A DNA stretch of 64,000 nucleotides from a virus. The position numbers and the translations under genes were made by a program. The stretch lies in the IMG/VR virus record IMGVR_UViG_3300013108_000188; one strand, 5' to 3'. The stretch's first letter is position 1; every line of letters begins with the position of its first letter. The notes under the pieces are model-generated. The model was not told where the DNA came from and ran no database searches. It saw only the letters and a list, made by a program, of their open reading frames with translations. Of this stretch, positions 26,939 through 34,796 are shown piece by piece.

Positions 26939-27450
26939 ACGGTTCCAAATCTCGTATCAACATATTGATTTCCAATACCAACTACTGGCCAGTTTGATTT
27001 AATATTAAAATTACTTTCATACTCTTTGCATATTAATGGACCTTGTACATAACTTCTATTAATCTTAATCGTTCCATTATTTCCTGACTTCGTACTATAC
27101 CAATTAGTATAACTAGCACTTGAAGGACCGTTATTCAAATGGTCAACAAATACTGCCTGGTGTAAATCGTAATCACTATTATACATTATATCTGCACCAA
27201 CAAAGGCACCTACTACTGCACAACCAGCGGCGATATATGGGTCTGTCCCAATAAGTTCAATACACGCACCAGCACCAGTAGCACCACCTAGGACAACTCC
27301 TAAATGACTTCTAGTGAATTTGTAATTTGGTGTTTCTTCACTAACATTAACATTAACTTGTTTTGTACTACTACAAGCAGTTAATAAACTAATTAATAAA
27401 ATCAAAATTATTCTGTCTAATTTCATCACAAACTTTCTTTTGGTTTTCAC
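26899..27450 (-). CDS. glycine-zipper surface-antigen lipoprotein (17 kDa antigen-like)
   Basis: Lipobox LTAC, GxxxG zipper, W....GN.G, C.EY, GTVC.MPDG.W. Confidence 0.7.
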   Translation of the reverse strand: MKTKRKFVMKLDRIILILLISLLTACSSTKQVNVNVSEETPNYKFTRSHLGVVLGGATGAGACIELIGTDPYIAAGCAVVGAFVGADIMYNSDYDLHQAVFVDHLNNGPSSASYTNWYSTKSGNNGTIKINRSYVQGPLICKEYESNFNIKSNWPVVGIGNQYVDTRFGTVCQMPDGRWVEKR

Positions 27451-27595
27451 TTAATATTACAGCAAAATCGTTTTGTGTATTATCAACAACAAATCTTTCT
27501 GCCATTCTTGTATCTGTCCACCAAACCTGTGCCCTAGCGGATACAGGTCTGATTAGAAAAGTACCATCGTTGGCACTAGTTAATTGAAAATCCAT
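27389..27595 (-). CDS. hypothetical protein
   Basis: Coupled ORF. Confidence 0.5.
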   Translation of the reverse strand: MDFQLTSANDGTFLIRPVSARAQVWWTDTRMAERFVVDNTQNDFAVILSENQKKVCDEIRQNNFDFIN

Positions 27596-27849
27596 TAGTT
27601 CTTAACTCCAAATAACGATTTCAATTGTGCCCAATTCTCGGCAGTTTGAGTCTTCATTTCTGCCCAAGATTCTTTTTGATAAGCTTTTGTTTTTTCAACT
27701 TCACTTGTCAAAAAATTTGATACATCTGACGGAATATTAAAAACTGCTGTTTTAACTTCTGTAAATGTATAAGTCTTTTGTTCTTCTGCAATTACATTAC
27801 TCATCATAACTCCAAGTAATATTACACATAATATAAGTATCTTATTCAT
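27595..27849 (-). CDS. exported hypothetical protein
   Basis: Signal peptide. Confidence 0.55.
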   Translation of the reverse strand: MNKILILCVILLGVMMSNVIAEEQKTYTFTEVKTAVFNIPSDVSNFLTSEVEKTKAYQKESWAEMKTQTAENWAQLKSLFGVKN

Positions 27850-27851
27850 AA

Positions 27852-28115
27852 CTATATTTTCTTTCCCATTGTTTTAAAATCGGCTTTATCAACTATCTGA
27901 TAATTGCCTTTGTTATATGCAACGCCAATTGTCTTGCCTTCAGGAAGTACTACTTTTGGCATTGCTTTTTTAGTAGCATATCCTGGTATTCTATCACTTG
28001 TTGGTATAGAATTTCTGTTATCTGAATTATAATCAGGTAGAGGAAAACCTGTAAGTTTATCTCTATCTAATTTACCGTATTTACCCATTAGCTTTTTCTT
28101 CCTTTTCAGGTCCAT
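27852..28115 (-). CDS. hypothetical protein
   Basis: AYNKG.YQ motif. Confidence 0.55.
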   Translation of the reverse strand: MDLKRKKKLMGKYGKLDRDKLTGFPLPDYNSDNRNSIPTSDRIPGYATKKAMPKVVLPEGKTIGVAYNKGNYQIVDKADFKTMGKKI

Positions 28116-28401
28116 ATTGGTCTATTTCGTGTTGTTGTTGTTCTGCATAAGTTCTACCAAATACCGTTTTATAAAAATGGTCTCTAGGATTTGGACTTGA
28201 CCACGCAAAGATTAAATTATCAAATTGTTTTTGTGTAATCCCAATTTGTCTCATAGCACTAGGATGTTCTTTTTTAAGAGATTTCATTTCTTTTAAAAAC
28301 TTAATACGATTGTCGTATTTCTCTTTCTTACCTTTTTGGTCTTTGATGGTAGCCGTTTTAAACTCACTAAACATCATTTCTTTTGTATATGTAAATGTCA
28401 T
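28081..28401 (-). CDS. early hypothetical protein
   Basis: Strong GAGAGGTG RBS directly downstream of a promoter. Confidence 0.65.
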   Translation of the reverse strand: MTFTYTKEMMFSEFKTATIKDQKGKKEKYDNRIKFLKEMKSLKKEHPSAMRQIGITQKQFDNLIFAWSSPNPRDHFYKTVFGRTYAEQQQHEIDQYGPEKEEKANG

Positions 28402-28430
28402 ATTATTGCACCTCTCTCATTGTTATTACT

Positions 28431-28459
28431 ATAATACTATAAAACCCTTATATTGTCAA
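28431..28459 (-). promoter_or_regulatory. sigma70-type early promoter
   Basis: TTGACA-17-TATTAT. Confidence 0.65.
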
Positions 28460-28591
28460 TAAGCGGATTTATCGCATATTTACACCCTTTTTTACTCATT
28501 TTGACCGTCATAGGGCGGTGTATAGGGCGATTTCCACCACCTTGCGATACTTGTATCACCCTAAATATACTACTTTTAGTTGTATTTCTCA

Positions 28592-28828
28592 TTATCTAAT
28601 AGGGTCGTTTGCAAGTTCTCCGACAGGCATTTTACTATCATACTCTTTTTTCATAGTCTTTTCAAATAAATCTAGTTCATCTTCTTTCTTTGATTTCCAA
28701 GTTCTCAAATCATCTAAAACATCATCAATAGCTGATTTCAGTTTATCTGTATCATTTGAACATTTGGCATTATCAAGTTTATCAATAGCTTTATCTAAAT
28801 TATCAATTGCTTCAATTGTCTCAATCAT
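28592..28828 (-). CDS. hypothetical coiled-coil protein
   Basis: AGGAGG RBS. Confidence 0.6.
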   Translation of the reverse strand: MIETIEAIDNLDKAIDKLDNAKCSNDTDKLKSAIDDVLDDLRTWKSKKEDELDLFEKTMKKEYDSKMPVGELANDPIR

Positions 28829-28838
28829 ATTGTCCTCC

Positions 28839-29186
28839 TTAAAAAATCTTTATCATAATTATTGTTTGCATAACTAACAATATAATTGGAAGTATTGTTC
28901 TTACCAATTCTAATTTGTGGTTATGTTTATCTAATTCTCTTTCTAACCAATCTCTCTTATGTACTTCAATATTGTGTTTCTTTTTAAATTGTAGTTCATC
29001 GTACCATTTAAATAATATTTGTTTTGCTTTATTAAAATCACTAGTACCTGAAGATTTAACAATATCACTACCTTGAATATAAGTACGACCAACCCAATTA
29101 TCTGACTTGATTTTACCATTGTACTTATCAGTTCTTACATAAATGTGTAGTTTGCCGTCTTTAAAATGTTTTAATCTTCTATTCAT
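28839..29186 (-). CDS. protein resembling a stand-alone integrase arm-binding domain plus C-terminal TM
   Basis: DGKLHIY.R...W..R..I.G..I.KSSGT.D...AK....WY.EL.FK; start reassigned to MNRRLK (ATGA overlap). Confidence 0.5.
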   Translation of the reverse strand: MNRRLKHFKDGKLHIYVRTDKYNGKIKSDNWVGRTYIQGSDIVKSSGTSDFNKAKQILFKWYDELQFKKKHNIEVHKRDWLERELDKHNHKLELVRTILPIILLVMQTIIMIKIF

Positions 29187-29449
29187 CCAAAAACTCCTCC
29201 TGCACCTAATAATATTAATATTAACATACTTGGAATAACTATACTCAAAGGCCAAAATTCTAGTAATTGTCTCCAAGCAGTTTTCTTTTGTTTCATTTGT
29301 TTTTTTAAATCTCTTTTAATTTCCATAAGTAAATCGTGTAAAGGTTCACCTTTTTGATATGATGGAAAACCTAAATCTCTTTGTATTCTAACTATATTCA
29401 TTGCTTCTAATATAGTTTTCTTTTTTAGTTCTACTTGTACTCTATCCAT
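29183..29449 (-). CDS. small C-terminally anchored membrane protein
   Basis: C-terminal TM; start reassigned to MDRVQ. Confidence 0.55.
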   Translation of the reverse strand: MDRVQVELKKKTILEAMNIVRIQRDLGFPSYQKGEPLHDLLMEIKRDLKKQMKQKKTAWRQLLEFWPLSIVIPSMLILILLGAGGVFG

Positions 29450-29880
29450 TTTACCTTTCCTGATACTTTTATTTGTTCTGGTATGTTTTCTTTCCAAGTT
29501 GGTTTTTTAAACATACTATTTGCGTCACCTGATTTAAAATCTTTCTTATGTGATATTGTAATATGGGCAGGTCCTTTATCTAATCTTTTTAATTTCTGAT
29601 ATGCTGACATATACTTACTATGTTTATGTGACCAATATGTTTCTTTCAAATACATTTCGTCTACCCAATATGCTTCTATACTTTCGTTACCTCTTATTTG
29701 ATTAACAAACGCATCCACTTTTCTATCAACTAATGGCGCCAATTTCACAAACTTCTTACTATCTGGTTTATAAGCAAGTGTGATATGGTCGCCATTAACA
29801 ACATCAAAGGTAGCATTTAATTTCATTTCTTTTTGAGATTGTTTATCTAGTACAACTGCAAAATATCCGTTCATATTCAT
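29431..29880 (-). CDS. 2H phosphoesterase
   Basis: Two HxT motifs (DHITL, AHITI) about 75 aa apart in a 149-aa protein. Confidence 0.7.
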   Translation of the reverse strand: MNMNGYFAVVLDKQSQKEMKLNATFDVVNGDHITLAYKPDSKKFVKLAPLVDRKVDAFVNQIRGNESIEAYWVDEMYLKETYWSHKHSKYMSAYQKLKRLDKGPAHITISHKKDFKSGDANSMFKKPTWKENIPEQIKVSGKVKWIEYK

Positions 29881-30086
29881 TTAACACTTTTCGCCATAAG
29901 TTCTTTATTATTTACAAATACTCTAATCAATCTGGATACTTCAACTTCCTCGTCTTTTAAAGTTTTAGGATTTGTAAAATATACTTTACACTCATTGACT
30001 TTAAGCATTGCCTTATTCTCATCAACTACAACTGCGTTGTCTGTATTCTTTCTCCAATCGTGTGGTGAATAATCTGATTTTGTCAT
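29877..30086 (-). CDS. hypothetical protein
   Basis: Coupled ORF. Confidence 0.55.
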   Translation of the reverse strand: MTKSDYSPHDWRKNTDNAVVVDENKAMLKVNECKVYFTNPKTLKDEEVEVSRLIRVFVNNKELMAKSVK

Positions 30087-30544
30087 TATTTACCTATTTG
30101 ACTTTCTGCTTCTAAATTTAAAGCAATATCAACATCTGATTCTTCTTTAGTACCTGTATCAACTAATTTGATTTTTGTTAATTGATGTGGCTCGTCTTCG
30201 TCTGCCCAAGTATCAATGTGTATATCTTCGTTCTCAACTGCTTCTTCAAGCGTTTGACTAAAACTATCATCATCATATTTTACTTTACCAATAAACTTGG
30301 TATCATCTGTTTCAGTATAGTTAGCGTCAACCATATAGGTCTCAACTCCATCTTTAGTATCAGTAATATCTTTTGTGATTTTAGAATAATTTACTCCACA
30401 CTCACTAAACTTATTATCTGCCTCGTCTTTATCTTTAGCAATTACATCTTGCTCAACGCAAAGTGTGTAATAAGTTTTCTTTCTGTATAGGTTTTTACCT
30501 ACATCATCTTTATTAAACCAAACATCTGTATCAACTTTTTTCAT
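30086..30544 (-). CDS. acidic hypothetical protein
   Basis: AGGAGG RBS. Confidence 0.6.
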   Translation of the reverse strand: MKKVDTDVWFNKDDVGKNLYRKKTYYTLCVEQDVIAKDKDEADNKFSECGVNYSKITKDITDTKDGVETYMVDANYTETDDTKFIGKVKYDDDSFSQTLEEAVENEDIHIDTWADEDEPHQLTKIKLVDTGTKEESDVDIALNLEAESQIGK

Positions 30545-30557
30545 AATATAATCCTCC

Positions 30558-31085
30558 TTAATTTAAATAAATGTTCTTTAATTGTTTAACTAACTCTCTA
30601 CCGTAATCGGTAAATAAAAATCCTTTTTCCCAAACAAAGTGTTCATAATCTTGTATGTGGGTTAGTCCTAAATCTTTAGTCAACCATCTTAATGCTTCTT
30701 TCTCATCTTTTGCACCAGCTTTGATTGTCTTATTAATCAGGTCTTTAAATTCTGTAATAGCTTGTTCTTCAGCTTTCTTTTCTTCTTTAATATTTTCATC
30801 TGCGATAACAGACATTTCATCTGTTAATTTTTCAATTTCTTCAATAGACATTTTGTCATAATTAAAACTTCTAGCATATGATTTACTATACGCACTAGAA
30901 GTCACCTCATAACAAGTTTGAATTGCAAGGTACTTGTCTAGGTCTTTTGGTGTATGTACACCATATTCTTTCCAATGATTTAAGTCTTCAACTAACTTAC
31001 CACCGAATCTATTTTTAGGGTCTTCGTCAATCCACTTCTGCGTCTTAGCGTTCATATCTCTAATGTGTTTAACTAATGCGTTCAT
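30558..31085 (-). CDS. hypothetical protein
   Basis: Coupled ORF in the early operon. Confidence 0.65.
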   Translation of the reverse strand: MNALVKHIRDMNAKTQKWIDEDPKNRFGGKLVEDLNHWKEYGVHTPKDLDKYLAIQTCYEVTSSAYSKSYARSFNYDKMSIEEIEKLTDEMSVIADENIKEEKKAEEQAITEFKDLINKTIKAGAKDEKEALRWLTKDLGLTHIQDYEHFVWEKGFLFTDYGRELVKQLKNIYLN

Positions 31086-31276
31086 TATTTTCCTCTATTG
31101 TTGTCAATTACTTCGTCAACATTGTGTTCGTCAATACCTGTAAGTTCAACATTATCAACTGCAAGTATTTTATTTTTAGCAACCGTTGAATTATATTTGC
31201 CATTATTCATATCGTCAATTATATTATCAACCATTTTTTCTGCATTATCCCAAGCCATTGTTTTTACTTTTGCCAT
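31085..31276 (-). CDS. early hypothetical protein
   Basis: GAGGT RBS; first gene after a promoter. Confidence 0.6.
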   Translation of the reverse strand: MAKVKTMAWDNAEKMVDNIIDDMNNGKYNSTVAKNKILAVDNVELTGIDEHNVDEVIDNNRGK

Positions 31277-31326
31277 AGTGTTTTACCTCTTTTTGTTAGT
31301 GTGTTATTGTTTAAAATCATACTCAT

Positions 31327-31355
31327 ATTCTATCAGTTTTGACTATCATTGTCAA
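31327..31355 (-). promoter_or_regulatory. sigma70-type early promoter
   Basis: TTGACA-17-TAGAAT. Confidence 0.7.
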
Positions 31356-31372
31356 GCAAATAATTCTTAAAT

Positions 31373-31387
31373 GTTCTCATTTTGTTC
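31373..31387. promoter_or_regulatory. alphaproteobacterial LexA-type SOS box
   Basis: GTTC tcatttt GTTC, 17 nt upstream of the -35 box. Confidence 0.6.
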
Positions 31388-31630
31388 TTATCCAAATAGA
31401 CCATAATTTATTGATAAACCAATCAAAGATACAATAGTTATTACAAGATTTGTAGTGATTATAGATAGTCTATTCCACATAAATCCTACTAAAACCCAAG
31501 TCAGACCACCGAATATCATTACAATAGGTCCTAAAGGGTAGTATCCTAGAGAGTTTATGCCAACTCCAATAATCAATATTGAAGTTCCTAACCATTCTAG
31601 TATTTGGGTATTTGTGTTATTATTAATCAT
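31388..31630 (-). CDS. small three-TM membrane protein
   Basis: Hydrophobic; start reassigned to MINNN immediately after the promoter. Confidence 0.6.
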   Translation of the reverse strand: MINNNTNTQILEWLGTSILIIGVGINSLGYYPLGPIVMIFGGLTWVLVGFMWNRLSIITTNLVITIVSLIGLSINYGLFG

Positions 31631-31636
31631 ATGTAC

Positions 31637-31665
31637 ATAATACCACGATTCCAGTACTATGTCAA
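31637..31665 (-). promoter_or_regulatory. sigma70-type early promoter
   Basis: TTGACA-17-TATTAT. Confidence 0.7.
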
Positions 31666-31719
31666 GCACTTTTTTGATTAATTTTCGTTGATTTTAAAGG
31701 GTTTTTGGGAGATTTTGGG

Positions 31720-31959
31720 CTAAAACCAGTTAAAAATAGCCCGAATTGCCAGAATCACATACATTAATTCCATCAAAGTACGAGGAATATCTCTATCTTC
31801 TATTCCTTTCAGTACCCATATCGCACAACTCATAGATGTAATAGACCAACCAATCCATTGAGTATCTGGTTGGGCATTACTTAAAATATAGACACCAATA
31901 ATAGCTAGGGTAAAACCTAACCATCTAATTTTGCTTTGCCTTTGTAGTTTCATATCCAC
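31720..31959 (-). CDS. small three-TM membrane protein
   Basis: Hydrophobic; W.G..L.I.G pattern like the neighbouring gene. Confidence 0.6.
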   Translation of the reverse strand: MDMKLQRQSKIRWLGFTLAIIGVYILSNAQPDTQWIGWSITSMSCAIWVLKGIEDRDIPRTLMELMYVILAIRAIFNWF

Positions 31960-32503
31960 ACCTCGCTATGAAAAAACTATCTACTATATCGGTAACAGGA
32001 TTATTGAGTGTAGTCTGGTCACACGCTTCCATCATATTAACTCCTGTTTCCTCATAAAATTTATCATACATCTTTTCCTTATCTGCATTACCTTTACCTG
32101 TTGCCAGTTTCTTAATTACAGATGGAACCAATGTCTCAAATTTTATACCTTTTTTATATAGTTTATGTTTTAAAAGTCCTGTATTTTCTGCTAAATTAAA
32201 TACTCTTCCTTTACTTCCAAAAGAGTAGTCTTCAATATAAACCATAGGGTTTACGGTACTTCCTATTACCGTATCAAATACCCATTCTGATATATTATCG
32301 TGTCTTTCTTGTTGTGTATTCCAATCAGGAAAATAGTCACCTTGTATTTGACCATCTAAAAATAAACCTTCATATTTTTTTACACCTGTTAGATAGTAGA
32401 ATCTGCAATTATCTAAACCTGCATTATCGCCATTAAAACCACCATCTACTACACAACAACAAGGACAAGTTAAACTATAATCAATTCCAATTATCTTCAT
32501 CAT
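31925..32503 (-). CDS. RuvC-like nuclease/resolvase
   Basis: IIGIDYS, YIEDYS, P..IKK.ATGKGNA.KE, D..DS acidic catalytic pattern. Confidence 0.75.
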   Translation of the reverse strand: MMKIIGIDYSLTCPCCCVVDGGFNGDNAGLDNCRFYYLTGVKKYEGLFLDGQIQGDYFPDWNTQQERHDNISEWVFDTVIGSTVNPMVYIEDYSFGSKGRVFNLAENTGLLKHKLYKKGIKFETLVPSVIKKLATGKGNADKEKMYDKFYEETGVNMMEACDQTTLNNPVTDIVDSFFIARCGYETTKAKQN

Positions 32504-32654
32504 CTTCCTCACTTGAAATCGTTTCAGTTTCGTCATCTTTATCTAATGCACCACCACAGAAAGGACAAGTCCAAGGTTCTAAATCTACCTCTTCCCAAAT
32601 TATTGTAAAACTTTCTTCACAATGAGGACATTGTGTCTTTCTTTTCTGTGCCAT
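32481..32654 (-). CDS. small Zn-ribbon protein (not in ORF track)
   Basis: Manual translation with CPHC...CPFCG and an acidic tail. Confidence 0.65.
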   Translation of the reverse strand: MAQKRKTQCPHCEESFTIIWEEVDLEPWTCPFCGGALDKDDETETISSEEDDEDNWN

Positions 32655-32658
32655 TATC

Positions 32659-33765
32659 TTATAATTTAAATTTCTTAAATTGGTCTTTCTCTACATCTTG
32701 TTTTATACCACCGATAACATAACTTTCTATTTCTGTTTCCTGTGGTGCGTTTTGTAATCCACGACTATTAAACCAATGTTCAGTCCAAGGCAATGGGTTT
32801 GTATTAGATATATCGTATCGTGGTTTCATACCAATTGCTTTCAATCTTTTGTTAGCAGTCCATTCAACATAGTTATGTAAAAGTTTTTCTGATAAACCTA
32901 TCATACTACCTTTACTGAATAGATATGTTGCCCAACGCTTCTCTTCTGCAACTGCGTCATCATATAATTTCGCAACATACTTTTCATTATTCTTAATAAC
33001 TTTGTCCATTACTTTATCTTTTTCAGGACCTCTATAGTTATTAATTATTCTTTGTGATACTGCTAAATGCTGACTTTCGTCCCTTGATATAAATGATATA
33101 ATCTTTGCACTACCTTCCATTAGTTTTAATTCACCAAAAGCGAAACTACAAGCAAAGGAAACATAAAATCTTAATCCTTCAAGTATGTTTACCGTTACCA
33201 AAGTTCGCCAAAGTTTCTCTTTTAAATCGTATTCATCAACTTTAGATTTATCTAATGACCACTTATTACCTAATTGTATAAGTTCATCATAATGTTGAGT
33301 TACCGATTTACTTCTTCTCTCTATCTTCTCGTCTTCTATTATAGTATCAAAAACTTCTGAAGGATTACTATATAAATTTTTGATAATATATGTATAACTT
33401 CTACTATGTATAGTTTCAAAAAAATCCCAAGCAACTATACAACCTTCTAATTCTGGTAGTGATACAAATGGTAAAAATGCCAAACACGGACCTCTACCTT
33501 GTACACTATCTAACATAGTTTGATATTTTAAATTACTAGTAAATATAAACTTCTGTTCTTCTCTTAATATCGCCCAATCTGACCTATCTTTTTGTAAAGA
33601 TACTTCTTCTGGTCTCCAAAAGAAACCTAATTGTTGTTGTGTCAATTTATCAAAGATAGGATATTTCATATCGTCATATCTTTGTACTGCTAAATCTTCA
33701 CCAAAAAACATAGGTTGTTTTGTAAAGTCTAAACCTTTTCCTTTATTAAAAACGGTACTCGTCAT
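32659..33765 (-). CDS. nrdB: class Ia ribonucleotide reductase beta subunit
   Basis: FFWRPEEV, ETIHSRSYT, LEGLRFYVSFAC, RDESQH, APQETEI.SY. Confidence 0.97.
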   Translation of the reverse strand: MTSTVFNKGKGLDFTKQPMFFGEDLAVQRYDDMKYPIFDKLTQQQLGFFWRPEEVSLQKDRSDWAILREEQKFIFTSNLKYQTMLDSVQGRGPCLAFLPFVSLPELEGCIVAWDFFETIHSRSYTYIIKNLYSNPSEVFDTIIEDEKIERRSKSVTQHYDELIQLGNKWSLDKSKVDEYDLKEKLWRTLVTVNILEGLRFYVSFACSFAFGELKLMEGSAKIISFISRDESQHLAVSQRIINNYRGPEKDKVMDKVIKNNEKYVAKLYDDAVAEEKRWATYLFSKGSMIGLSEKLLHNYVEWTANKRLKAIGMKPRYDISNTNPLPWTEHWFNSRGLQNAPQETEIESYVIGGIKQDVEKDQFKKFKL

Positions 33766-33769
33766 CTTC

Positions 33770-34141
33770 TTATTTGATTTCAACCTTTCCACCTGCTGCT
33801 GTAAGTTCTTTAGAAATCTTTTCTGCTTCTTCTGGTTCTAAATCCGTTTTAACCTCTACTTTTTCACTTGCTGATTTTTCAACAAAATTCTTTGCTTCTA
33901 ATAATCCTAAATCTAGTATAGGTCTTATAGTCTTAATAACCATAATCTTCTTACTATCTTCAAAACCAATTAGATATACATTTTTCGTAGCTTTTGCTTC
34001 TTCTACAACTGGAGAAGCACTAGGTTGTATATTACTTGCTTGAATACCCCATTTCTCTTCCATCATCTTTGCCATATCGGCTGCTTCTTGCATAGTAAGA
34101 TTACCTATTTGTTCTACTAATGCGTCTAACTTATCACTCAT
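33770..34141 (-). CDS. rplL: 50S ribosomal protein bL12 (L7/L12)
   Basis: N-terminal LT..EA......EEKWGI dimerisation domain; C-terminal KKI.VIK.IR....LGL.EAK.FVE...EAEKI..EL.AAG.KVEIK. Confidence 0.9.
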   Translation of the reverse strand: MSDKLDALVEQIGNLTMQEAADMAKMMEEKWGIQASNIQPSASPVVEEAKATKNVYLIGFEDSKKIMVIKTIRPILDLGLLEAKNFVEKSASEKVEVKTDLEPEEAEKISKELTAAGGKVEIK

Positions 34142-34784
34142 CTTTTACCTTTTCTCCTTTATAAAAATAATCATCACTATCGCCATATCTCCATTGTTCT
34201 TCTTGTTCGCAATAGTAATATCTCCCACATACCTTAAAGTCAGGTTTTTTTAACTCTTTTGGAGTAAGAGATTGTTCGTACCAAAGCATTCTATTATTTG
34301 GTTGAGCAAAGTATTGCCCGTTTTCTAACTTACCAAAATTAAATTGTTTGTGTTCGGTTGGTACCTCCGACACTCCAGTATTTATTGTGTTTGGATCCGA
34401 GTGGACTGAATCGATAGTAAATAGATATTCACCTTTCATTTCTCCTTTATCTGGTATCCATATTTTAACATTACAATTCTTTAATAAACTCTTTTCCCAT
34501 ATTTGAATATGATAACTAAAAGCATCCCAAAGTTCTAATTGATTAAGATTTAATTGTTCACTATTAATTATATTCTTTCTCCACACTAACGCACTTATTG
34601 GAAACTTATCAAAACAAGCACCATATTCAGGTAAGTATGCTTCAAACATCAATGCCTTACCTCTCATTGATTTAACTGCTATTAATACTGCTTCTATATA
34701 TTCGCCGTGTCCTCTTTCTAAATCGTGGACATATTCTTTTTTTATAAAACAACGAATATGTGGTATGTTCGCAACAAAATTCAT
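34134..34784 (-). CDS. conserved hypothetical protein
   Basis: ANIP...IKKEY..D...GHGE, PISA, LWD.FSY, EHK, AQPNNR motifs. Confidence 0.7.
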   Translation of the reverse strand: MNFVANIPHIRCFIKKEYVHDLERGHGEYIEAVLIAVKSMRGKALMFEAYLPEYGACFDKFPISALVWRKNIINSEQLNLNQLELWDAFSYHIQIWEKSLLKNCNVKIWIPDKGEMKGEYLFTIDSVHSDPNTINTGVSEVPTEHKQFNFGKLENGQYFAQPNNRMLWYEQSLTPKELKKPDFKVCGRYYYCEQEEQWRYGDSDDYFYKGEKVKDE

Positions 34785-34796
34785 ACACTCTCTTTC

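Noticed and set aside
28839-29276. Functional integrase or prophage status
   Set aside because: No catalytic R-H-R-Y core and no att duplication of the tRNA or tmRNA ends seen in the window
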